A DNA stretch of 64,000 bases, taken from positions 6,758,001 through 6,822,000 of the forward strand of contig NC_092674.1 of assembly GCF_964355755.1 (NCBI RefSeq), given 5' to 3'. The translations under genes were made by a program, and so were the position numbers. The first letter of the stretch is position 1; each line of letters starts with the position of its first letter. Source of the stretch: Antedon mediterranea (lineage: Eukaryota > Animalia > Echinodermata). A model generated the notes under the pieces. The model was not told the DNA's origin. It saw only the letters and a program-made list of their open reading frames with translations, and made no database searches. Of this stretch, positions 24,601 to 36,600 are shown piece by piece.

Positions 24601-27600
24601 AGATTTTGCTTTTGCACGGACAAACTCAGGGAAGGTAAGCAAAAATTATATGAATCATATAAAAAGCAATTAAAAAAACTATTTAAAAAAAAAATATTAA
24701 AGTTGGTTGTCTAAAAAGGGAAGTGAACTTTATATGGAGAATTATTTGAATAACTCAGGTGCTCAGTAATTTAAGTATTAAATTAAATATTTGTTTTGGT
24801 TATTCTTGTTTATTTTGTGAGATCCCTACCTGTATAGACTCTACATATGCCAAATATGGACACCCCTGGAAAGGAAAATTGAATAGTCCAGGCGCTGTAG
24901 TGAGTCGTATAAATACTATATTTTTAATGTTATTAGGTAATGTTTGCTGGAAAGGCTCACAGTTTAGGCATGAAGCGAGAAGGTCAAGGTGCAAGCAAAT
25001 GGACAGCGCTTACCATACAGAAATCACCCAAGATTGTCCAGTGTGCAGTTGGACATGAAGGTCATCATGCCCTTATGGTGGCGGATGATGGCGCTGTTTA
25101 TTTTACCGGGCTAGCAAGACGAGGGGAAGATGGAGACCAAGGTAGGTTTTCACTATATTCTTAAACCCCTATTAAGGAGACCCCTTAATAGGGGAATCCC
25201 CAGTTAAGGGGACCCCTTAATAGGGGAATCCTCTATTAAGGTTAAGGAGACCCCTTAGTAGAGGAATCCCGTTACTAGGGCGTATTATTGCCACATATAG
25301 TGACGGTCCCTAGCTTCGCCTGGATGGACCACCCTCGTTAAATATTGTTGAAATAAAATATTTCCCCTCGGTTGTTTCACAGTAAATTGTCCCCTCATTA
25401 GAGGAGTGTCCCAAAAGAAGCATTCTACTATAATTAATAGTTAAATTAAATAGACTGCCATGTTGGTTTCAAATTTCACATTGTTTGATATTTTTTGCAG
25501 CACCCTGAGCAATGACTGTTGGAATGGCGCAATATACGATTAGTTGATTAATTAATTGAAATTGACAAATAAAATAGATAACTACTTAATAAAACAGTAC
25601 TTTGTGAACATGTGCAAAACATCAAAAGATATGTGATTAAAATTCATTAATTATTAAAATTGATAATACTGTTTTTTTTTATCAGTGAAGGGACAGAGAA
25701 ACGCTAAAGCCAACAAGCCCAAGAAGGTTCTCAAAATGGATGGTAAACACACGATATACGCAGCTTGCAACAGTGGTAGCAGTGCAATGGTTACAAAAGA
25801 GGGAGAGTTGTACATGTTTGGTAAAGACACACAAGAGGTTGATCCTAATACAGGTATGTGTATTCTAAAGCTCTGTCTACACTATCAAACTTTATGTGAC
25901 AAATAACTGTGATGTGCCCATATATGGACATTATGATGTCATATCACTATCATATCATTTGGGTATATCACTAACATATTTGGGCACATCACACTTTTTG
26001 TTTTTTTGTCAAATTAGTTTGATAGTATAGACAGAGCTTAATAACTAGGGGGCTTGTTACTGCCTTGTATAGATTTTTTTATTTACGTAGTTTTGTAGAC
26101 AGATGTTGAATTAACTAAATCTCTGTCTACACTATAAAGTGATATGCCCAAATATGGTAGTGATATGCTTAAATATGGTATTGATATGACATCATCATAG
26201 CCATATATGGGGACATCAAATTTTTTTTGTCACATCAAGTTTGATAGTGTCGACAGAGCTTTATATAGGGAAAGGTTTAATGCAGTGATTATATCTTTTT
26301 TATCACTTAATTTGTTTTGTAGGTTTAGTAACAGAATTAAAAGATATACCAGTATTACAAGTAGCTCTAGGTAAACAACACACATGCGTTCTGACCAAGG
26401 CTGGCATGGTGTGGACGTCTGGTATCAACAAGAGAGGTCAGTGTGGACGAGGACCACCGCCTGGGCAACAAGCCAGTAAAGAAGGCAAGTACTTTGTTCA
26501 TCAGACATTCTGTAAAATGTCATTAATGTAAAAAGATAGCAATGTTAAGTGCACAGTAGTTAATGTTGCCACTTCACAAAGATATTTTCTTATATCAAAG
26601 TCATTATTGTACAAAGATAGCAATGTTAAATGTACAGTAGTTGATGATGCTAATCAAGAAAGGTCTTTTTTAAATGTGATCAACAGAATATAACATTTAT
26701 ACAGATGTGAGGAGTTTGGTAGTCGAGTGGTTATAGCACTTGAATGTCATACAGAAAGCAACTCCCAGTTCACTCGGCTGTAAATGACTACCTGGTTGAA
26801 AAACACTAGGGAGGATAAGGCGGCGTGGGAAGGAACTGGCCACCCTACCACGTAATGTCAAGGCTTAAACTGTGTCTATACTATTCAACTTGATGTGACA
26901 ACAAAATGTGATGTGCCCATATATGAAATCATGGCACTACAATATTTGGGCACATCACACTTTTTTTTTAAATTATTTTGAGTCTAAACAGAGCTTTAGT
27001 ACAATGAGCTCCTTACAGCTCATTCCCCTACGTTCATAATGAACACAGGACTCATCTATACCTTTACAGGCGTGGCACCTTTACCTGCGGAAGAGGAAGT
27101 AGAAGAGGAGGAAGTGGATAAGGACGAAGAATCACTTTGTGACCATGAGTGGAAACATGAACAATGTATGATCTGTACAATATGCAATGAATGTACAGGC
27201 TACGGTGCTAACTGTATCAACACCATTAATGCGGACCGCAACCCCGGAAAGTAAGTTATTTCATTTATTTTGTCTCCATATAAAAATACAATATAAAAAA
27301 CGTAGACAAACAACAAGAAAACATCACACAAAACCAGGCAGAGACAGGATTCCTAAAAGCGAACCTAATCACTATCTAGTAGGTCTCCTATTGCACTGAT
27401 TGTATAAAAAACATTTAGAATCAAATTTGTATAAACATTAAAAATGCATATAAATACTATATTGAAATAAATTAAAATATATTGCACTAAAGAGTTTCCA
27501 TTAATTTGGTGTTGTGGCATGTTTTGGCTGATGTAATAACAATAATAATATCCTAAATTTATAAAGCGGCTAATACTGTGAAACCTCTAAGCTCTGTACA

Positions 27601-30600
27601 TATTATTACCCCGGTCATTGTTGGATCAAAAATGTATGGAAACATACTCCCATAATGCAACAAGCATTCAGCACAAAGTGTCCTGACCTTACCAGGTACC
27701 CATTTGTACACCTTGGTGGAGAGAGGCAACATAAGTAAAGTGTCTTGCCTAAGGACACAAACAATGCGACTAGTTTTAGATTCGATCTCACGATCTGTAG
27801 TCCAATTTCCAATATACTGCACCACACATGTGATGTCTAAAACCAAATTTCCACAAATACAGTTGAACTTCTATTAAGGGGACACCTTGGGGACGTAACA
27901 AAGTGTTCTCTTAATAGGGGTGATCCCTGAATTTGATAATAGTATAAAGCTCTGTCCACACTATCAAACTAGTTTAGCAAAAAAATCTGTGTGTGACATC
28001 ATGTCCATATATGGGCACATCTCATTTTTTTTTATAGTGTAGACAGAGCATTAAAGATATTTTTCCCCTCGTTTATTTCATATTAAATCAAGTTTTGATT
28101 CAGTCATTTATATTTCTTGCTTTTTGTACAGTGTCTGTGGCTGCGGTTCGGGTGACTCTGGTTGCAGTAAATGTGGCAGTTGCAGGAACTGTGCAGGTGA
28201 GGGCAAAGGTCAAGTAAGAGGAGGAGGAGCGATGTTCCAGAACTTGATCCGACACAAGAATATAACTGACAGAGATCTGCTGGCGCAACTACAGCAAGTG
28301 TTTTTTAAGAAAGATGGAAAAAGTCGCTTGGACAAAATAGTGCAAGAGTCAAAGGCATTTGGTGAGAGAAAATAACTTTCTTTTGTTGTTTAAATAGCGA
28401 AGCGCAAAAAATGTGCAATCAATAGTCGTGAAACATTCATGAGCACTCATGCTAATCAAACTGCTCAAGAAATTGAAATCACAGCTATTTACTCTTTCAC
28501 TGGAAACTAATAAAAGAATATGTTTTTTCTGTCAGTGATTTTTGCGAATAAATTTGCTTAGTAGCTCTCTCTAGACTATCAAACTGTATGTGACAAAAAA
28601 CTGTGATGTTCCCATATATAGACATGATGATGTCATATCACTACCATATTTTGGCATATCACTACCATATTTGGCCACCTCACACTTTATTTGTCAAAAT
28701 ATTTTGTTAGTTTAGACAGAGCTTAAATAGGAAAGAAAACACATTCTATGGTTCTAATCTAACAACCTATATCTATATTATCAACCTATCTACAATTTTC
28801 ATTTATTCTCTCTTTTCCAGCAGATGAGGGTAGCGTAAGTGGAGATGATCGTGAAGGGGAGAAAGAGATCTGCCAACCAAATATTCTAACATTAGCAGAA
28901 ATCGTTATCAATGATAACAAGATTCCAGCAGTACAAGTTGTTTGTGGCTCTTACCATACTGTGGTACTGCTCAGGAATGGTGATGTGTATACATTCGGCA
29001 TGGGCAACCATGGGCAACTAGGGCAAGGAGACTCGGAAAACAGGTATGGGTAAAAAAAAGTGAATTTGTATTTGTTTTTTTGTTTAAGATTAGGCATTAA
29101 CATTCATATAGTCTTCTGTTTCACAACAAAAGAATTATCAAATTTACTAAAGCTCTGTCTACACTATCAAACTAGTTTGACAAAAAACTGTGTGATGTGC
29201 CCAAATATGGTTGTGATTTGACATCATTGTGTCCATATATGGGCACTTCACATTTTGTTGTCACATAAAGTTTGATAGTGTAGACAAGGCTTTAGTCACT
29301 TGCCAAATACATTGTGATGGGCAGATGATTTTATTTTCGATATGTGTAGTGAGTATAAAAAGTACAAAGCATCTTAACAATTAGTTAGCTCCTTGCGCAA
29401 ACTGCTTGGCAGCAGTTATAAAATTATCGTACATTGTTATTGTTTAATTCTCTAGGTATAGTCCATGTAGAGTACCTGTGACCGAACCAATCACTCAGAT
29501 AGCAGCAGGCAACCACCACACTGTTCTACTAGCCACCTCAGGATGCGTGTACACTTTTGGACAATTCCAGAAAGGCCAGCTTGGTAGGCCAGTCACCGAG
29601 GAGAAGAAAGAACCAGATGCCAAGTCCCATCTAGTACCAGGATTAGTGCCTGGCTTAGGCCCTGAGTCTGGTAGGAAGGGTAACTGGGTGCAAGCAAGCG
29701 GCGATAGGACTTTTGTGAAAGTGGATGAGTCATTAATCGGGGCTAACACATTAGAGAAATCTCTTGTGTTTGCTACCTTTAAAACAATAGGTAGGTTTCT
29801 TTTACTGAATTGTTTACCATGCCTTTTTAGCATAGTAAAGCTCTGTCTACACTATCAAACTTTATGTGACAAAAAAATGTGATGTGCCCATATATGGACA
29901 TGATGATGTCATATTGCTACCATATTTGAGCATATCACTACCGTATTTGGGCACATCACACACTTCAAACTAGTTTGATAGTATAGACAGAGCTTAAGAT
30001 GTAAAAAAAATGTGTGGCACTTAACATGGAGTTAGTATGTTACAAATTGTACACATTTTGGAAGCTAAAGCGCCTTGCACCGGCTACTTGTTAGTCCCTA
30101 TGGTGTATTTGGTGTAAAGCAGGCCTGCATGACGACTGGGACAGGGTACCTTGTTAGTCTGGTGCTACTGAAGCAGAAGTTGTGTAGGTTTGCTGCTTCC
30201 TACATTAACAGGAGGTTTCTGGAGTCTTGTCTGAGCTGTGGCAAGCCTTTCGTTCCCCTCCTTACATTAAATATTCCTTATATTAGCAGTATATTATATT
30301 GAGTGTATTAACTGGCAATTGTTAAGCGTTGTTTAATGATATCTAACTTTGATATATTTAAAAAGGTATCATACCTAAGGAAGAGTCATCAGGAGTCAAG
30401 TGTCTTATGGTCAATCGGTCAGAAGGTCAATGTCGGAGTTTCTCGGAGGTCAACAGTATTAATCAGTGTGCAGATTGTGTAACCTTTGACTCTATCTACA
30501 ATATATTGTGGAGGTAAATATGCACTGTATCATCTTGTACAATAAGTATATTGTATTTGTAGGCCTATATATTTTATTTATTTTATTCATTTAAACAGTA

Positions 30601-33600
30601 TAGAATATGTATAAAAGAAATATATGTATATATAAAAACAATGCCAAGGAGAGACAAGATGCTGTAATAATTGTAATAAAAAAATGATTTTTGAAATACA
30701 ATTTTTTTTTTTTTCGTAGCTACAATACTGAAACGTGTGAGGTTGCATCCTACAGTGCAGTCAAGCCTCGAATCAAAGTCCTAACATCCCAGCCAGGTCA
30801 GACTTTATCAGTCTTCAGCCCAGAGCTAGCCCTTCCGAACACCAACCAAGGGCATGTAACCAGTTCACAATGTGCCTTGTACATTCTTGCCAGCCTAGAC
30901 ACTCTAACAGCTGCTCACCTTGAAGGCTGGAGTGTGGAGGGCCTAGAAAATCAAACAGCAAAACCACCGAAGGCCTTTACAAAGGAGGATTTCAATGTAG
31001 TACAAAGATTTGAAGGTGAATTTATGTTACATTATTACAATGATAATTCAAAACATCTGATCAACATAGATAATTTATAACTGTATTGCACAAAAACCTT
31101 ATATGGTATTATTACATACTTACCTGTATTCTTAAAATTAATTGTATTAAAAAATTTCAAACAAAAACAATTGTGAAGAAATTTCAACTTATATGAATTT
31201 TTTATCTTTCTAGCATATGGTGGTGGCTGGGGTTACTCGGGTCATTCCATTGAGGCACTGAGGGTCAGTGTAGACACCAATGTGGAGCTAGGTGGTTTAG
31301 GCCTATTTGGTGGTCGTGGAGAATACACAGCAAAGATTGCAGTAAGTGATATCATTATTTTAAATATGCTTTGCTTCTGCTGAATAATCTCACTTGGTCT
31401 AGGACATACCCAAACTTATATGACTAGATTCCTCCATAATTTCCTATCTGCCATTGTGACATCCAGTTCTTCTCTCTGCATACCAGTATCTAGTACATTA
31501 ATATATGTGAGTGCTGGTCTTCCACATCAGAACATCTGCAATGATTATTGCAAAGGCAGTGTCCAGCAATAATCAGTGGTATTTAAAAGTGATAATGAAA
31601 TGTTTGCTTTCTCACTATTGATCAGCTATATATCTAATTTTTCTTTTGTAGATATTTGACCTTGGGTCATCTAGTGAATATGAAGGGGAAGGTGAGCTAC
31701 TGGCAGAAAGTGATGATATCATCTATGAGTGCGGGGCTAAGTAAGTCTATTAATTGAAGCATGTTTCTATTTTATCTACTTAAAATTCATCCTGTTTACA
31801 GACATCTCGTAACTGCAATTGTTGATTTCACTTATAACACAAAAGTTTCTCTAATATGTATCTTTATGTTTGTAATTAAAATTAATTCACAATAATAATA
31901 ATAATATTTGTTCAGCAAATGTATAATTTTCCAGGAGCAAGTAATAAGCATGAATAATACCTGCTGTTACTCCATTATTAACACCAATAAAATATACAAA
32001 TACATATATATATATACATACATACATTGAAGCGTGCTTTTATTCTGATAAACTAATTTCTTTCCAAGGGAGACATTTCCAGTTTTATTTGATGAACCTG
32101 TCCCTCTAACGTCTGGACATTGGTACACAATCACGGCTAAAATCAGTGGTCCAAGCAGTGACTGTGGGTCAAGTGGTCAACCATCAGTCACCACAGAAGA
32201 TCAGTAAGTGCAATTTTCAATTAATTTCATTTTTTAACTAGACAAATGGTTTACTATCTGGTATAATGTGTTTGTTGGTGCCCTGCTTGAATATATCAAC
32301 ATACACGATCTTAAGCTCTGTCTACACTATCAAACTAGTTTGACAAACAAAATTTGATGTGCCCAAATATGATAGTGATATACCCAAATATGGTATCATC
32401 ATCATGTCCATATATGGGCACATCAAATCAAGTTTAGGTTAGACAGAGCTTTAGAAGAAAAAATACTTTATTGGAACTTGCCTTTAATGAAAGTTTTAAT
32501 ACTGCTTTGTACTAGTGAAAACTAGCAATACTGATGAAGATAAAAACATAAAGAAAGTTTTATTTAGCAAATTTTCACATTTATTTATTATTTATTCAGA
32601 GTGGTGTTTACGTTTAAAAGTTCAAGAAAGACCAATAATGGAACCGATGTAAATGCTGGACAGATTCCTCAGATACTCTACAGGTAGGCTGGGGCTAAGT
32701 AGGCTAAACATTGTGATTTGTGATATCCATCCTACAGAGGGCTTAATTTTTGTGTCCTGTGGAAGTTGCAAACAGCCTTCTACTCTACCTGCTCTAAAAA
32801 AATTTATATTTGAGAGAAAATTAGTCCAATTATTTTGAGTGTATGACTAATGTTTTTTCTTTCAGATTTTGCCAGCAAGACTCTGGGCTAAGTCGTAGAG
32901 AAACACAATTAGAAAATGTGCATATACTTGATAAGGCTTTCAGCAATACTGTTACACCGGTAAGTCCAACTGTCTGTTCGTCCATGTTTTAAGTTAAATA
33001 TGTTATGGCCTTTTGATTGGTTTTCAAAAATGTGATCCCTTCCTTATAGGGAGCCCAACAGTAAATTCATTTTTCTTTTATATAAGTAGTTCTATCCAAC
33101 TATGAAGTAGGTTTGCGTCAGAGAACTCAGTTTATTGGACAAACAACTGTTCCTTAGTAACAACTTTTCTCACTAACAACTGTTCCTACTAACGACTTTT
33201 CTCACTAACAACTGTTCTAGCTAACGACTGTTCTCAATAAAAACTGTTCTAGCTAACGACTGTTCTTAATAAAAACTGTTCTCACTAACAACTGATCTAA
33301 CTAATGACTGTTCTAACTAACGACTGTTCTTTCTAACAACTGTTCTAACTAATGACTATTTTAACTAATGACTGTTCTAACTAACAACTGTTCTAACTAA
33401 CAACTGTTCTAACCAACGGCTGTTCTAACTAACAACTGTTTAACTAACGTTTGTTCTAACTAACAACTGTTGAACTAACGCATGTTCTAACTAACGCATG
33501 TTCTAACTAACGCATGTTCTAACTAACGCATGTTCTAACTAACGCATGTTCTAACTAACGCATGTTCTAACTAACGTATGTTCTAACTAACGTATGTTCT

Positions 33601-36600
33601 AAACTAACGTATGTTCTAACTAACGTATGTTCTAACTAACGTATGTTCTAACTAACGCATGTTCTAACTAACGCATGTTCTAACTAACGCATGTTCTAAC
33701 TAACGCATGTTCTAACTAACGCATGTTCTAACTAACGTATGTTCTAAACTAACGTATGTTCTAACTAACGTATGTTCTAACTAACGTATGTTCTAACTAA
33801 CGTATGTTCTAACTGACGTATGTTCTAACTGACGTATGTTCTAACTGACGTATGTTCTAACTGACGTATGTTCTAACTAAACGTATGTTCTAACTAACGT
33901 ATGTTCTAACTAACGTATGTTCTAACTAACGTATGTTCTAACTAACGTATGTTCTAACTGACGTATGTTCTAACTGACGTATGTTCTAACTGACGTATGT
34001 TCTAACTGACGTATGTTCTAACTGACGTATGTTCTAACTAACGTATGTTCTAACTAACGTATGTTCTAACTAACGTATGTTCTAACTAACTTTTTTTACA
34101 TATCTATCATATATATGTATGATTCCTCCATAGGAAGCATTTGAATCGCTTACGAAACTACTAGAATGGAGTCTAACAACTTTCAGAGATGTTGCTAAGG
34201 AAACAACTGTAATCAAAGGAACTGCCCTCACTGCCATACTACTAGATTTAGAAAGATTAGTCTACATTGCTACAGCCACTATGAGGTTACTTCGGAATTA
34301 CATTTGTGAAATTTATTCAAAAACAGGTAAGAGACTACAATTCACTTTGTAGCATTGAAACATTAGTTAAATGATTACTATGAGACATTGAGGACATTTG
34401 TATATATTAAGAAAATATGCATTTATAATTTTAAGTACACAAATTTAATTTTAATTTAATTTTATGAAATATTATTTCTTCTCAGGCAAGCAAGCCAATC
34501 TAGAAACTAGCCAATTAGCAGAATGTGTTGGTAATACCGGCATTTTATTACGCATGATTTTAACGGAACCTAGCAGGTTATCACAGCTTCTTGGAGAAAA
34601 GGGAAAATGTTTGGAATTGTGGCAGAGGATACAAAACGAATGCGATCGGACCTTTGTGCAATGTTTTCATGCTTTTTATCCCACCTATCAACTGAAATGG
34701 ACTTGCCTGTGTTGGCAGCTAAACACTATGAACCAGGTAGATATTACAACAAGGCCATGTAGATGGCTGCAGTCGCGTGCTTAAATTTGAGTTAGTGTTT
34801 ACCGACCGACCAACCGACCGACATTAGTGAGCTGTACAGTAAAAATAGTGGCATTGTATCTTAAGTGTTAAATAAAGGCTTACCAATTCAAGAGATATGC
34901 TTTTATTAAAGCCTGTTGCCATATTCACTTATCATCCTTGTGAAATACTTTCACTTAAGTCAATCAGTATTTAAGTCAATCAGTATTAAAGGATTTAAAT
35001 GTGATATTCACTAAGTGTGAATGGCGAAAGTTTTTTTTTTTTTAGTTTTTACCTCTATCTAAGCTTCATAACAATACTTAATTTAGAAACCACTTGTTTA
35101 AAGTTTTTAATTTGAATAACTGCTTTTAGAATTTTTTAAATAATTGTAAATCATTATCACTGCCACATTCAATGGTAACTCAAATGAAAACTAAAATAAT
35201 TAAAAAAATAATGTATCATAAATTCATAAAAATACTATTCTATCTTCATATTAACAGAAATTTATTGTGTTTTCTTTAGGTCGATGCTAACAATGGCTAC
35301 TTACTGGCATCAGTGTTAGAAGCATTGTGCGACACGTCCATTCGCTTGACCTCTGTCCTGCCAATAACCAAAGATCATGAGGTGGAGTTGGTCCTGATGA
35401 AGCACTCATCAATGGATGATAACTTCCCTACAATGGTGTCCACAGATCCAATGTCATCCAAGTTCCCTGAACTGGTTGCCCACATGGAGCAAACAACACA
35501 GGTAAATCATACATCCATACACATGGACAATCAAGCATATCAAACACAAATTCACTTTATTTGGTATTGGATAGCTTCAGTGACTAAGGCAAATTTCAAA
35601 ATTACTTAAGTCCTAATGATAGTGGTGTAACCTGCTGAAAATGTTATTATTTAGTGAAACCTATGCCAATAATTTTCTTTATTTTCAGGTTGAAACTGGA
35701 TCTTGCAATAGTTTCCGTGAGATGTTGGATCGTCTTTTAGATATTTTATCAATTTCAGTCAGGGAAATGATGCGAGGGGTAAGAATATCTAAAATCAATT
35801 ATTGTAAAAAAACAAATTTTAAAATTTTATCAACCTGTTTTTAAACGATTAAAATTAACAAAATAAACAAATATTACTCACAGTCTTTTAATTTTGAATT
35901 TAACTCACTTCTCACTCTCTTTATTTTTCAGGACAGACCAAGTTATCCTAAATTATTAGTGACAAACACATGTTCACTGTTAGGTTGCCTGGTCAGTGAG
36001 CTAGCAGCTATTTCTACAGGAACTGAGGTGAGTGGTAGCAAGTATCTTTTAAAAGCTGTAATCTGCAACATTTGCATGTCTGGTAGTGAATGATAGTTCT
36101 ACAGTAACCACTGTAGAAACATTGGGTGGGGTAATCTATTTGTGAATGTTATGTCATTTGTGGTCACATGTGTCTGCCACTAATTACATCTTCCACTCGC
36201 ATCTATTCATATTTAGTTCATTCAAAGATAAAAATAAAACTGTTGTTGAATGTTTAGCTAATGAATATTTATAACAATTACATTCGGAATTTCATATTTA
36301 TATATTTATTCATCAGAGTGAGAATCAAGCCACTTCTCGACCTTTATGTAAGACGCCCTCAAGGTTTTCTCGATGCAGTCAAGCACGCGGCTGGAGCACT
36401 GGTAATGGGACACCTGATGCCATTTGTTTCAGTGTCGACAAGCCTGGGATAGTGATTGCTGGTTTCTGTGTGTATGGTGGCCACAGTAGATACAACTATG
36501 AATTAGAACTACTTGATAATGTAAGAATTGCCAATATCAATTTGTCGGACATCTGTCTCACATAACTTTGAGTCATTCATGTTAAAATAAATCCACCTAC

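Noticed and set aside
29791-30269. Telomerase RNA, suggested by the CR7-like loop
   Set aside because: No CTAACCCT-type template or room for a pseudoknot upstream; the pocket matches U6 instead
30075-30302. 75-aa ORF in a MYCBP2 intron
   Set aside because: Non-ATG start, no recognisable motif, not needed for the MYCBP2 frame; overlaps the scaRNA candidate
31420-31575. Second H/ACA-like layout (stem followed by ACATTA)
   Set aside because: Poor internal pairing; the minus strand translates as an RTE LINE C-terminus
36050-36192. Hairpins ending in ACA in an intron
   Set aside because: No properly placed ANANNA box and no target match found
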